Part shown: positions 35,840 to 48,192 of the stretch, piece by piece
Layout of the letters: every line of letters starts with the position of its first letter
Position numbering within the stretch: position 1 is the stretch's first letter
DNA from: Dicyema japonicum
Lineage: Eukaryota > Animalia > Dicyemida
DNA length: 64,000 nt
NCBI GenBank assembly: GCA_011109175.1
Contig: RDEW01000020.1
Coordinates: 428,514 to 492,513 of the forward strand
Direction of reading: 5' to 3'
Translations under genes and position numbers: made by a program
Notes under the pieces: model-generated
The model's database searches: none
Told to the model about the DNA's origin: nothing
Seen by the model: the letters and a program-made list of their open reading frames with translations, nothing else

Positions 35840-36490
35840 TCATGATTGGTTGATAGCTAACCGTTTCTCAGTATCGACTCCAAAATCATCATGCACTCTA
35901 TTCACCTCCGACCGGCGGTCCAAAGAAGCACCAGAAATCTTCATCGGACATACTCGGATACCTGTCACAAGAAACCCCTCAATCCTGGGAGTGACATACA
36001 ACAGGCTGCTTGATTTTACCTACCATGCCAAACAAGTCATCACCAAAGGACTACAGAATAAAGTAATCGGAACCATATACCGCCAGACAATCTGCTTATG
36101 CTGCGTGGAGATTCGCGTTATCCAAGAACTAAACTACTGCAAAGGAAAACAATACGTATGCTGGGACCACAATGTGGAACAAAAATACCTCCCCTGCTGA
36201 CGGAATCCACAAATCGTAGATGTGGTTCCCGATTTCTTCGTATTTGCGAGGAAGATGGGACACCCAATAAGGCTCTCATTGCTCCACGCAAAAGAAAATC
36301 GGTTGGCTAAGAAATTTCAGTCCCCAATCAGCTTCCTCTGCAGGGATCAAAGAAGGCATTTCCGTTCGACAGTGAGAACAATCGAGACAGGCTTCGGATG
36401 GCACGTTTGGTTGCGGGAACTGGGATGACTCAACTAGTTGACATTACTTTGGTCTTTTTTTCTCGGTGATCCCTGGGTTAATAAATAAAT
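35840..36490 (+). mobile_element. 5'-truncated LINE 3' portion
   Basis: KSSCTLFT..., NPSILGVTYNRLL.F; ends ctcggtgatccctgggttaataaataaa. Confidence 0.75.
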
Positions 36491-36499
36491 GTTGTTTTC

Positions 36500-37175
36500 T
36501 ACTGTCATACAGTTCAACTTCAAATGCCTTTTCAAAGCAATTTCGTATTTCAGATTTATTTCCTCTCAGGTAATTTTTTGAACATGATATTGCATATTTT
36601 GATCCCTTAGCTATCGAGATACAGGATTTTATATTTTTTTCATCCAAGGAAGTCGTATTTTTTTGAAAAATATTATGTCGATGTTTGAATATTGGATACA
36701 AGTAGAAAAGTTTAAATATACATCAGTAGTGCTATTTTCTTCTTCCCCACATTTCTTCGTTAATACGAGATTGCCAATTTTCAAAAATACTTTTTGTCAT
36801 CAAAGCTCTATGTGAATCATCATATTGAATGCTAAGGGATTTTAGATTTACTCCTCTCAATCTCTTGATGACTTTGATTTTTATCATTTGGTCGACCTTC
36901 GTCTTGAAGGTTTTGAATTTTATATAAATTGTTTCTTAAGTCAATGGAACCACCCATTTAATGCTATAAAGTCTTTATTAGAATGCCTATTAGCAATTTT
37001 AAAGGCAGTAACTTTTAGCGTTGGTCCACTGATCGGGAAACCGTTGCATCTCAGAGAACGAAAAACTTGACAAACTTCCGTATTTAATTGTGTCCTTTTA
37101 CCCAATTTGACGTAGAACAGCCTTCAAATAGGATTTCTTATCTTCTCAGTATAGACTTCTCTGGGAGATGCCATA
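36500..37175 (-). mobile_element. Tigger/pogo transposase remnant
   Basis: Translation by eye gives RCNGFPISGPTLK...FIALNGWF (CENP-B-type HTH); stops present; TIRs not found. Confidence 0.6.
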
Positions 37176-37926
37176 TTTCTTACAAATAAATGTATATACA
37201 ATCTGACTGTATTTCCCTACAAATCTAATTTTTCATTTTGATTTAACTTCTTTGTCATATTTTTTTTTTAAGACAAATTTAAAAATTAATAATTGTGACA
37301 TTACTTACAAGATTGAACGACCTTTTAAACAAATAGAGCCGCTCAGACTTGTCCCACTTAACGAAAGACCAGACTGATCTACTCTCTTCCCATGGAAAAG
37401 TGATAGATACCTTGCCTGGGACGCCACCTGTATGCCTCTCTCCCTTCAACCTTGTTATGGCAGCAACTAACCCAGACTCAATAGATGAAGAAATACGTAT
37501 GTCTCGTTCCCTTATTTGGGGAATGCAAAAATTGGGGTAAAAATAACCCAGATGACGTTTTCATGGGTAAATGAACTTATCTGTGAATATACTCAGTTAT
37601 TTCTGTGTCGCAAATAATCTTTTTCTATGTAATACTGCATCATGCACCCTGTCTGTCATAAACTACTAGGTAGGGAAAACGGAGAAATTCAAATAAGGGT
37701 TGGTTCCTATATATAACTAGATTAACTAAATCATGTTTCCGGTTAAAGACAAACAAAGACCTTCATACGAAAGTTTGACAACTGTGAATGATCACGTGAT
37801 TGCGACATTTTGTCTAACAAAACATACTATCAAATTTAAAATACTAAAAATAACAAACCTGTAAATATAAATAACAATTTTACAATCGATAAGCTAGTGT
37901 ACCAACCAAAAACAACAAATTCATTA

Positions 37927-38563
37927 AACTCATGGTGTCCGCGTGGCGCAATGTGGTGCTGTGTGGTTAATTGGTTGAAGTTTTCTGCTAGCTTGTCTCT
38001 TCCTCTTCTCTCTTCCTATTAGAGTGGCGTCATGTGAGGATCATTTGCTCTCCCCCACTCCACTGGAGGGGTTTCCACAACTGCATGTAATGGACGTCTT
38101 TAACCTTTTATGCTGATTCCGGATGTACTCTGTTTCTGTAGAAGTGGAAACTGGATACACTTAACTAGTTGTTTACTTTAACTTCTTTCTCGGTGTATCC
38201 GGGGTTAATAAATAAATAATAAATAAATAACTCATGGTGTCAAAGTGGTGCTATGCGGCCACTTGATGGAATATTTTTGTTTGTTTCTTCTTTTCCTCCT
38301 CTTTCCTTTCGAATAGAGTGGCGTCATGTGATCCACTTCTCTCGGGTGGCGCCCAGTGCCAGGGTGGCTTGTAAAAGGATAATTTTTCTATCCCCATTCC
38401 ACTGAAGGAGATCCAACAAGTGCAGGGAAAAGTCGTCTTCCACTTTTTATGTGGGCTCTGGATGGACTTGTATGACATTCAAAAAATTATGTTTCTGTTA
38501 CAGTAGAAAGTGGACACTTTTAAGCAGTTGTTAACTTCTCGGTGTATTCGGAGTTAATAATAG
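37927..38563 (+). mobile_element. Two tandem copies of a short (about 300 bp) non-autonomous retroposon; third partial copy inverted at about 39900-40022
   Basis: AACTCATGGTGTC at 37927-37939 and 38229-38241; shared blocks tagagtggcgtcatgtga and cccca.tccactg; LINE-type 3' hairpin and (AAAT)n tail. Confidence 0.75.
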
Positions 38564-38759
38564 TGAGCTACCAGAAATACTTTTCACTAAGAGATTCTTG
38601 TGACCATACAAAGAACGTTATTATACCTTGACCCGAAAGAGAAGAGTAGGAGTTGCCTGATGCCGTTTCACCCAGAAATTGTAAGCTAGTGAGGAACTTG
38701 AAAGATATATGCAAAGGAAAATCAAATGATGATAGTATAAGAAAATTCCTCCAGAAGAA

Positions 38760-39530
38760 AAATTTTCTAGATTATCTCGAATAAGCAGACAGCATAAAAG
38801 ATAATTCACAAATGTACACAGTATACGATTGCTTCGACAAACAAATGATACAAGTTCCGATGGCAGACAAACCTGCAGAGGATCCATCATCTTACAGACC
38901 AATATCAGTCCTATGCGCGGCTTCAAGAATTCTGAAAGGATGGTCCTCGATTGTATTCGAGATACATTTCAATGTCTGCTTTTCAATATGGGTTCAGAGC
39001 AAACCATTCAACTTCGACTTTACACAATCCCTCTTACAGTCACACCAACCATCCTGGGAGTTAAGTTTACCAAAGACTTACATTTGCTAAACATGTTGAG
39101 AATCGGAAAACTGCGGCAATTACGAGAATGAGGATCCAGAAGATAATCTCGAATCCCCTCGGAATCTATCGGCAATGTGTATACGAAAGTTAGTTGTGGT
39201 CAATGGGCATTTCCCGCTCTTCTCTCCTGAAACTGTCCGCAATCCATGAAACTACCAAAAAAGTAATTGGGCACAACTTTATGTCCACCCTTCTGGAAGC
39301 AGTTTTGATAGGACAACAACAGAAGAGTGTGAGGGCAGCTACTCTGGTAACAGCTCCCTCTATGAACAAATACCTTAATAACCGTCCTAGATACGAGATA
39401 ACCGCATGTACTTTCTGGAGAGCCATCCAGGATTCTCATCCACGTCGGATAGGACGTCCCCTGTATCGGTCTGGGATCACTTATTTAGGAACTTTCTCTC
39501 TTTTCCTTTGATCCTGGTAATAATAAACAA
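38760..39530 (+). mobile_element. Internally deleted LINE remnant related to 23179-26450
   Basis: PSSYRPISVL, PTILGV, ISRSSLLKLS and WRAIQDSHPRR; ends RSGIT with hairpin. Confidence 0.8.
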
Positions 39531-40033
39531 ACTAAAGAAATCATTAGCTATTATGGGAAATTAACATTGAACCCAAAATAATAAGCCTAAAATTAATACG
39601 ATAATTGCAATGCTATTAAATTGTATGTTTACCACGTGCCATACTCTACTCATGAGGCTCAGACTATTAATTCCAATACAGAAAATGAAAAAAGCTAGAA
39701 AACTACTTAAAAACTTACGACCCGGTATACCAATAAACTCCTACGTAAAGTCCTTCAAAATATTGTGCTGGAATAAATGAAAGGACCCGTATACGGATAC
39801 GTACCAAGATGGATTTGAGAAGGGAGATCAACGTTTCAACGGTACTTATCTAGTTGATGATCGCCACTTTCCTCCAAAAAAATCAATATATTATTTAATT
39901 TCCACTTTTTTCCACTTTTACAGAAACAAGTCCATCCGGAATCAACATAAAGGGTAAAAGATGTCCATACTTGCAGTGTGAAAACCTATCCAGTGGAGTG
40001 GGGAAGAGCAAATGATCCTTTTTCGAAATATTA

Positions 40034-41110
40034 TGTCAGAGTACAGATCTCAAGACGTCAGAGCTGCGAGGTTTTAAAAATATTAATAATTGTTAATAAA
40101 AATTATATTTTTATAGTTTTTTCTTTATCTCTTCATCAAAATTCTGAAATTATTAATTTTTCCTTATTATTTTGAAGATCGTGATTTCTTGCAGACCAAC
40201 ATCCTATCAAAATCATTGATTGAATGTAGCGTTTTTTTCATTTTATTTAAAAATTCACGAAAAATGGTTCACCAAACTATTTTAGTAATAAAATTTATTA
40301 AAAATGTTATTTTAAATTGTTTAATTTAGTATCTGCCTTATGCTGTATATTTTTCGTTAAAAATTTGGTCGTATAAGGAGTATTTTCTATTTCTATTGTG
40401 TCCCCTTCGTGGCATATAAAAATTTCATCACCATCTTCAATTTCACCATATTTTCATCTTTTACGGTTCCAATTATTCAAAAAAAATTCCATTCATGATT
40501 CGGGAAAATCTCTGCAGATTTGTTAAATGGCACTTTCTACCGCACCAAATTTCTAAAAAAATCAATTAAAACAAGAATTTGTTAATTATACTGCAAAATA
40601 ATTACCCTGAAATAATTTTAATTATGTGTGGAATATCGCCTTAAGTGGACAAGATCTACAATGTATCAGTCTATGCGTAATTATTTGAAGTCGCAAGCAT
40701 TCGTGTAGACTAAAATTGTTTGAATTAATAATTTACATGACAATAAACACATTTAGATCCACAGTAGCCACTTCACTAGGTCTAGCACCATAAATGGTGA
40801 GAATAAAACTACGTCCAAAGTGATTTAGATTATGTTGAGTCTAATTTAAATTAACAAATATACAACTTCAATATATTTTAGTTTCAATTCAGCTTCATCA
40901 TTACAAATGAATCGCAACTCTCGACCATTTTTTAGTAATGTAGGCTGCGGACTCCTTGAAACTGAAACTTTGAGGCACATCGTTTGATAATAAGTTTTAT
41001 TATTTATTAATAATTTCTTCCAATGAAATGTTTCTGAAAAAAAAAATATTTTTTCGTATTTTGAGCATTGACCTCGCAGCTCTAGCGTCTCGCAGATCCG
41101 GACTGTGGCA
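40034..41110 (-). mobile_element. Ginger2/TDD-like DNA transposon remnant with decayed integrase-type coding
   Basis: Imperfect TIRs of about 40 bp (TGTCAGAGT...AGAGCTGCGAGG / CCTCGCAGCTCT...ACTGTGGCA); 5-bp TSD TATTA (40029-33, 41111-15); minus-strand remnants HNLNHFGR and YIVDLVHLRRYS resemble rve integrase. Confidence 0.7.
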
Positions 41111-41863
41111 TATTATAATTAATTATTACAGTATGACCTCTATTTGGGGCACCTATTTAAAAAAAATGCCCCAAAAACAGAGGTTTCTCCAAAAATGGAG
41201 GTTCGGGATTTTCTTTAAATTTATTTACAGTTTTAACAATTTAAATTTGCTTTTTATTAAATTTATAGATAAATAATGTTTTTTTAATAGATTTTTTCAA
41301 GAATATATTAAAAACAAATTTATTTAACGATAGGAAATAGTCTGTTAATTTCCCTCCGGTTGCGGATTTTTCATTTGCATTCCTAATATTTTTCTGAAAT
41401 TATAATAATCTTTCAAAGCTTCAGGAAACAAAATGAAAATGTTCTCTTCAAGTGTATTCATCGCTGTTATTGTTTCCAAATGAGAATAGGTACATTTTAC
41501 TCCGTCGTATATATTCTCGTCATCATTTTCTACTTCATTTTCAGTATATCTTTAATTATGTTATCTAAACTCCCCAATTCATTATTCACCAATGAGAGAG
41601 TTTGAAAACGACATCAATTTTCTTCCAACAATTAGTAATGTCATATGTCATAAGAACCCGGGGCGTTGATACTGTCCGGGTTGAAGAGACAAATTTATCA
41701 CTTGAAAACATTAACAACCACTAAGTTTTGTCTCAAGAGAAACAAAATAGAGATAAGTTAAATCCCCAAGGAAAATAGAAAAGTAAAATCCCGGAGTAAA
41801 GTAGAGATATTAAATCCCCAAGGAAAAGAACCGAGATATAAGGTTACTTTATAGCAAATCCGA

Positions 41864-43817
41864 CAAGACAAGACAATGACAAGACAATTTTATTTTCTAA
41901 CAAACCCCAAAACTAATTACTGTAAAGAAACCAAAACCTGAACCAAAACTAATTAAGTGGGTTTGTATTCATCGTGTAGGGTCATTTTATGAGACACCAC
42001 ATGTCTCTACTTCGTTTGGACCCCAAAAATTACATCACATTTTCCATAAGTGATGTAATAATTTTTCTATCTTTCTGACTTTCAGGTCGTAATCCTCTTC
42101 GATATTAGATTTTAAGTCCAGTCCATATGCCAATTTAATCGCAAATCTTCTGGACTTTTCCAATTTTTTGACAAAGACATCACTTTCTTTTGTTCTAAAC
42201 CATCCTTGATAACCATATATCAAGAATGGTTCAACACACGCCGAATACACAAAAAGAAAAGTTTCAGGCTCCAAATGAAATCGAATTAAAGATTTCAACA
42301 TTCCTGTAGCTTTCTTTCTTCGTGTTTTAATATGTTCCTTGAAAGATCCTCTTCGGTCTATCAACAATCCGAGATACTTCAATGTTTCAGAGATTTTTAT
42401 ATCCCCAGTATTCACACATTGATTAATATTTTTTCTTTTACTTGCAATCCAAGTGACTGTTGTTTTTTCCCTCGATAGAGTCAACCCATTGTTTTGGCAC
42501 CACTTTCCAATCTTAGTAATATGGGATTCCACCCTTTTCCATGAAATTTGTTTATTCATGCTTGAATCAAGCACAAGAATGTCATCAGCATAAATAATCA
42601 TTTGACTATTTACGCTCTCTGTTTTCGGCAAATCTCTCATTACGCAATTGAAGAGTAGCGGGCTGAGAATTGAACCCTGTGGAACTCCTCTTCGCAATTC
42701 AATTTTCTTTGAAATTAAATTTCCAACACGTATATATGACTTTCTTTTTGAAAGAAAGTTTTCTATCCATAATAACGCAGTTTTCCCAATTTCTGCTTTT
42801 GACAACGTATCAACAAGTCCAAAGTGCCAAACACTGTCAAACGCTTTTGTTATATCCAAACATGCTATTGTAAGAAATTCCTTTTTATTTCGTGAAATTT
42901 CGATTGCAGATCTTAGCTCTTTAAAGCAATCTCCAGTCCCTTTTTTATGCCGAAATCCCAGTTGATTATCAGAGAGAAAATTATTATCCTCAACATGCCT
43001 TGATAGACGATTGAAAACAATTTTTTCCATAACTTTCGATATTGAGCAGACTAGGCTAATTGGCCTATAACTATCTGCTTTTGACCTTGGCTTTCCTTTT
43101 TTCACAACCATGCGTACAATTGTTCGTTTCCAATAAGCTGGAACATGACCAAAACTCCAAGAAGAATTATATAATATTTTTAGGCACTCAATCAAAATTG
43201 GGCCTGCGTTCTTGAAAATACTCATTGGGATAAAATCCCACCCTGGTGCTTTATTTTTGCAACCCTTAATTGCAGCATTTATTTCTTCCAGCGTTATAGG
43301 ATGACACAAGGGACCACTCAGTTTCGACTTTTCTTTATAACTACTTCTTGTATCTTGTACTTCTATCGGAATAAAAGATGCCGGATCTATCTCTTGAATT
43401 TTGGACAATTGTCGACGTAAAACATTTGGAATTTCTTCTTTTGGAATAGTGAGACCATCATCTGACTTGAGAGATATTTCTTCATTCTTATTACTGGGAG
43501 AATTCATTCTTGCATATAGTTTCCAAAATTTTGGGTTCTGTCGACGTAACTTTGAACATTCTCTTTTCCATACTTTTTCTTCATTCTTCTTTACAACATC
43601 CATTATTTTCTTCTTCACTAACTTGATCTGCATTTTAAGTTCTTGAGAGTCGAAGATATCCCAACACCTCTTTAATTTATTTTCTAACTTATTCTTCTCC
43701 TGACGCAAAGAGCGTTCTTCTACTCCTATTATCATATTTTCCTGCGGCAACAGATTTTTTCTTTTTCCATAATTTTCCAGATAACTTAACAACAAAGATC
43801 TTATTTTGTTATCCAGA
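41864..43817 (-). mobile_element. 5'-truncated group B LINE
   Basis: 11-bp TSD AGCAAATCCGA (41853-63, 43818-28); (TCTTG)n-like tail; 5' part matches 63721-64000. Confidence 0.92.
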
Positions 43818-43822
43818 AGCAA
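42035..43822 (-). CDS. LINE reverse transcriptase ORF, 595 aa uninterrupted, lacking its N-terminal endonuclease
   Basis: KAPGWD, YRPISLV, QLGFR, LDITKAFDSVWH, GVPQGSILSPLLF, YADDIL and KYLGL. Confidence 0.93.
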   Translation of the reverse strand: MLLDNKIRSLLLSYLENYGKRKNLLPQENMIIGVEERSLRQEKNKLENKLKRCWDIFDSQELKMQIKLVKKKIMDVVKKNEEKVWKRECSKLRRQNPKFWKLYARMNSPSNKNEEISLKSDDGLTIPKEEIPNVLRRQLSKIQEIDPASFIPIEVQDTRSSYKEKSKLSGPLCHPITLEEINAAIKGCKNKAPGWDFIPMSIFKNAGPILIECLKILYNSSWSFGHVPAYWKRTIVRMVVKKGKPRSKADSYRPISLVCSISKVMEKIVFNRLSRHVEDNNFLSDNQLGFRHKKGTGDCFKELRSAIEISRNKKEFLTIACLDITKAFDSVWHFGLVDTLSKAEIGKTALLWIENFLSKRKSYIRVGNLISKKIELRRGVPQGSILSPLLFNCVMRDLPKTESVNSQMIIYADDILVLDSSMNKQISWKRVESHITKIGKWCQNNGLTLSREKTTVTWIASKRKNINQCVNTGDIKISETLKYLGLLIDRRGSFKEHIKTRRKKATGMLKSLIRFHLEPETFLFVYSACVEPFLIYGYQGWFRTKESDVFVKKLEKSRRFAIKLAYGLDLKSNIEEDYDLKVRKIEKLLHHLWKM

Positions 43823-44019
43823 ATCCGAAAATATTTAGGTAATGCCATATTATTGAATATTATATCTTATAACATTAAACTGAATAAGGTTGAATTAAGT
43901 ATTCAAATTAAGATAAAATTTAAAATATAAAAGAAAGGATTAAATATGTGAAAAAATTACAAATAACTCAAATATCGATGATTCAAAGGTTTTCGATGGA
44001 GATATAACTCTTTGTTGCT

Positions 44020-44550
44020 TAATCGCTTTATTGACTCAAAATAAAATTTTTAAATTTTTAAAAAGAATTAAAAATATTAAAAAAAATATTATATAACATT
44101 CAAATAACCATTTCACGCTAATCGCTTTATTGACTCAAAATAAAATTTTTTGTTTTTTTGAGGGAACAAAGACCGATCCTTCGACCTTTCTATTCGACCC
44201 TTTTCTCTTTAATCGCTTTATTGACTCAAACTAAAATTTTTGTTTTGAGTGAACAAGGGACCGATCCTTCGACATTTTCAATTTTCGACCTTTTTCTCGT
44301 TAATCGCTTTATTGACTCAAACTAAAATTTTTTGTTTTTTGACGGAACAAGGACCGATCCTTCGACATCTTCTATTTTCGACCTTTTTCAAGCTTAATCG
44401 CTTTATTGACTCAAACTAAAATTTTTTGTTTTTGAGGGAACAAGGTACCGATCCTTCGACCTCTTCTATTTTCGACCCTTTCTCGTTTAATCGCTTTATT
44501 GACTCAAAAAAAATTTTGTTTTTTGAGGGAACAAGGACCGATCTTCGAAG
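44020..44550 (+). repeat. Tandem array of about 92-bp units (6 copies of the core) next to the right TIR of the Ginger-like element
   Basis: TAATCGCTTTATTGACTCAAA near 44020, 44119, 44210, 44301, 44395 and 44488; five units continue with GAACAA..ACCGATC.TTCGA. Confidence 0.93.
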
Positions 44551-45979
44551 CAAAACTTAGTGGTTGTTAATGTTTTCAAGTGATAAATTTGTCTTATCAA
44601 CCCGGACAGTATCAACAGCCCGGACGCTATCACATACGACAGTAATTGATTCAGAGTGTATTTGTTGCCATGTCTTCCCGACAATAATGATTATTTGTCT
44701 GAGATTTACTTGCTTTAAATTCAACATTGTAAACTTATCATCCTCAAAAGATAGGGTAAAATCCATCAAATTATTTAAATAATTGGATTTGAAAGATTTA
44801 ACTCTCCATATCTAAGGGTTGAATTAATGATGTTGCATTTTTTAAAAATAGCTCAATGTTAGAAAAATGATTATTCTTGTGACAACTTGCATTGTCAAGC
44901 AAAGGACAATTTTCGGTTGTGTTGAATCATTTCTTCGTTGACAATGTTCAACCAAGTAATAAATATATCAGATGTCATCCAACAATTTTTAGAAAACGAA
45001 TATAAAAACTCCGTGCTCTTCAGGGTTAAAATTTTTCATACAACGTGGCGATTTATATTTCCTAATAATAATGGCTTCAATTTTCGCCACAAGCACTGAC
45101 CGACAAAAGAATATGACTTTTTCTTTACTTTTTTTAATTCCAAAACAATCTTAATCTGAAGTTACAAATGATTTTGATGTTATTCTTTTAATGTACAATC
45201 CCGTTTCATCGCAGTTGAAAATATTTTCAATTCCATAGTTATTAACATAGTCATCGTACTTATCAAAAAAATTCCAAGGCAAGAAATATCACACGAATTT
45301 TTTTCACCACTTATTGTCTTAAATGACAAATTGTGTCTTTTCTTAAATTTTTCAAGCCAACCATTCGAACCTCTGAATGAGGTATAGTTCAAATTCCTAG
45401 CTACTTTTATAGCAATGTTTTTAAGAATAGGTCCTGAAACGGGAATAAATTCTTCCCATGCTTTAGAAAAGCATTCATAAACAATTTTATCGAATTTCTG
45501 TGACAGACTGTCTCTTCTCTGTGAATTTTGACTAAGACAATTGATTTTACAGACCCATTATTATAAAGTTCATATAATTTTGTTTAATTCTAGATACTGC
45601 TCCTAAACAATAGAATTATCAGATAACCTTTACTAATTTTATACTTTTTGACAATATCTCGTTCGCTCATGAAACAATTTCGTTGATTTCTTGGGCAATT
45701 TTAAGCTTTAACTCCAGAGTAAGCTTCCTCCCATGACAACAAAAACGCAAATCTAGCACGCGAAGTTTAAGAAAATTTTATATAATAAATTTAATATTAA
45801 TTGCAAACTTTATATAAATTAAAAAAATTAAGTGCCCACTAAGAGGTTCAGGTAATTTCCAAATTTGTAAATTACTGTATAAAAATGATCTAATTTTCAA
45901 ATTGCCCCAAAACCTGGGAGTGCCCCAAAAATAGATGTGCCCCAATGAGGAGGTCCGCCCAAATGGAGGTTGCACTGTA

Positions 45980-46135
45980 TTATTAAAACTAAAAATCAAC
46001 GACAATTTAAATAACTACAGAGCCTTCAGGTGATTCCGGCCGCCTCGAATAGCCACCTCATTCTTGCTCGGTGTTCCTTCCTGGTTCCAACGCATTTCCG
46101 AATTGGGCTGGGATTTCTAACTTTTTTGGGGGTAG
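45980..46135 (-). mobile_element. LINE 3' tip
   Basis: SPIRKCVGTRKEHRARMRWLFEAAGIT* parallels RPVRACVGTREEHRERMRILAERIGIT* at 55105. Confidence 0.7.
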
Positions 46136-46165
46136 TAAAACTCCGGTTTTCCTCACTAATTCCTT

Positions 46166-46612
46166 AAATGGTTCCCAACCTGGGTTCCGGGGAACCCCAG
46201 GGTGCCGCCCATGTGACATAATATTTAATAATAATTTAATTATTAAAATATATTAAACATCCACGCTTATATCTTGTTTTTGTTTTGGAGTAGTCAATTA
46301 GTCAATTATAAGATTTTTAATGGGAAACAATTATTGCATGAGAGATACAAAAATATTGAATGCAGTAAGATGGTTGTCACGTGGAAGGGTATTGGAACGT
46401 TTTAAGAAACGAGCTTGTTGTGTATTTAAGAACCGAAATTATCCAATTTACAAAAATTTTGAAAACAATCTTTGTTTGCATTTATGATAAACTGAATAAA
46501 TTTACATTATCGCTACAAGGAAAATATCAATTTGTTTTAAATTTGAACGACAAAGTAATGGCCTTAATTAACTTAAGAGGGTTCCGCGAGCACCTTAAAA
46601 TTGGGAACAACT
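46166..46612 (+). mobile_element. Internally deleted hAT (Buster/ZBED5-like) element
   Basis: VRWLSRGRVLERF motif; ends tggttcccaac... and ...ttgggaacaactg are inverted; subterminal ggttccg repeats. Confidence 0.65.
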
Positions 46613-47279
46613 GGTGTAGGGTTTAGAGGTGTCTGGGAAAACCTTTGCAGAGCCTTACTGGCTATTTTTTGGAATGTGTTGATTTTTTCCAACGTTCCGT
46701 GATTTTGGAGGCTCTTTTCCGGCTAGCCTCGAGTTAAAATAAAATATTTAATTTTCATTCGATTACAAATAATTTGAAAATTCAATAGTAAATATTTAAA
46801 TTTTATAATTATTTATGCCTGGCTGGCATCAAGAGGATCCAACTATTTTTCTCCAAGGGACAATGTCGCTACCTGGAGAAGTGCTGGAATGCTGGAACGA
46901 TTCAGGATCAATAATTAGTTGGTTACCCTTGGTCTTTGGAATTATTATTATTAATAATAACATTAGAGACCACGGTTATACAAATTAACTAACATTAGAG
47001 ACCACGGTGACCTCATCTTGGCCCGATGATCCTTCCTCGACCCCACAAAAGCACGTATCGGTCGAGTGACTGGACCTTCGCATTCACGATGGTGCGTTCC
47101 ATGGTTCATTCGTATCAAGGATTCAAGAGGCATTGGTAGCAGGAACTCTCCAGAAATCCAGCGTTCCGTGATTTGGAGTCTCTTTTCTAGCTATCCTCGA
47201 TCTTCAAGACATTCTGAAGAGATGAATGGGTCCATATACCACATGCATAAAGATGGTTTAATTAATTTAGTAGTAATTG

Positions 47280-47830
47280 GTTTTTGGAGGACGAAATTCC
47301 ATGTTACATGAAAGTTGCGGACATCATTAGACAAGAACCACTAAAACAATTTCCAGATAAGTCAAGGTCAGAATTATACTTTCCAATACTGAGCTCTTTG
47401 TGATAATCGGAAAGACCTATTCAAAAAAATTTAACACAAATACAGGTCCCCTTCAAGGAGACTCTCTCTCCTCTACTGTTAACGATATATTTGGAAGCAG
47501 CTATGAGGAACTCAAACACCATACCAAGAGGGATTAGAAGTGATATATGCAGACGATGTCGACCTAATTTCCCAAGACAGAGTGCTCTAATAGAAAACCA
47601 CGGATATATTAGGGAAATTGTTTCTTACTGTAATCAAAGACAAAAAATTTACAAAAATAAGAAGAATGAGTAACAATCTCCAAGAAAAGTTGATATATGT
47701 AAAAAAGCCCGTTCCTTCAAGGAGAAAGTGAGGATATTATACAAAGAGAATCCTTAGCCGCTTTTAAACACCTCCATTTTCTTTGTCGCAAGGCGTACTC
47801 AACATAAAAATTCAAGGACTAACTTGGAGC
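47280..47830 (+). mobile_element. LINE RT remnant
   Basis: GPLQGDSLSPLLLTIYLEAAMR and YADDVDL. Confidence 0.65.
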
Positions 47831-48192
47831 TAATAATACAGTAACTAACTCTATTTTCCCCTGTTTTCCATGTAAGCCGCCGTCATGACTTTCTAATTGA
47901 GCCTTTGCATGATGTGCGAGCCTTCCTTCATGTCTAACTGCTACCATACTATTCGCCTCCGGAACATGAATAATCGGCGACCTTCCCGATAATATCCAAT
48001 TTGTTCCCCTTACTATGGAGACTTCCGGATCCTACTCCTTTTTTACAATAGAGTTTTTCGGACGTCTTGGAAACCGGATCACCTCATGCACTGGAGATCT
48101 CCGCGAACGCCGCTAACTAATGTTTTGTCCTTATAATCAAATCCAGAAAAATCTTCACATGGCCTAATAATTAATGCTAATAAATTAAATAA

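Larger units (their letters stand above)
41639..44641. mobile_element. Non-autonomous Ginger-like element with TIRs of about 91 bp
   Basis: Termini TGTC...GACA; TIRs 41639-41730 and 44551-44641; 4-bp TSD GTAA (41635-38, 44642-45). Confidence 0.85.
41129..45977 (-). mobile_element. Tigger/pogo transposon, split by a 3-kb nested insertion
   Basis: TIRs CAGTATGACCTCTATTTGGG / CAGTGCAACCTCCATTTGGG with TA on both sides; FRGSNGWLEKFKKRH. Removing the insert restores WQQIHSESITNCWKK. Confidence 0.92.

Noticed and set aside
37940-37975. tRNA gene
   Set aside because: Only an A-box-like stretch; no B box or cloverleaf.
44020-44550. CRISPR-like array (constant 21-mer with intervening sequence)
   Set aside because: The intervening segments are homologous to each other, there are no cas genes, and the context is eukaryotic. 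It is a tandem repeat.
46025-46110. HDV-like ribozyme suggested by GCCACCTC
   Set aside because: Explained as the antisense of a LINE C-terminal coding tip (…WLFEAAGIT*).
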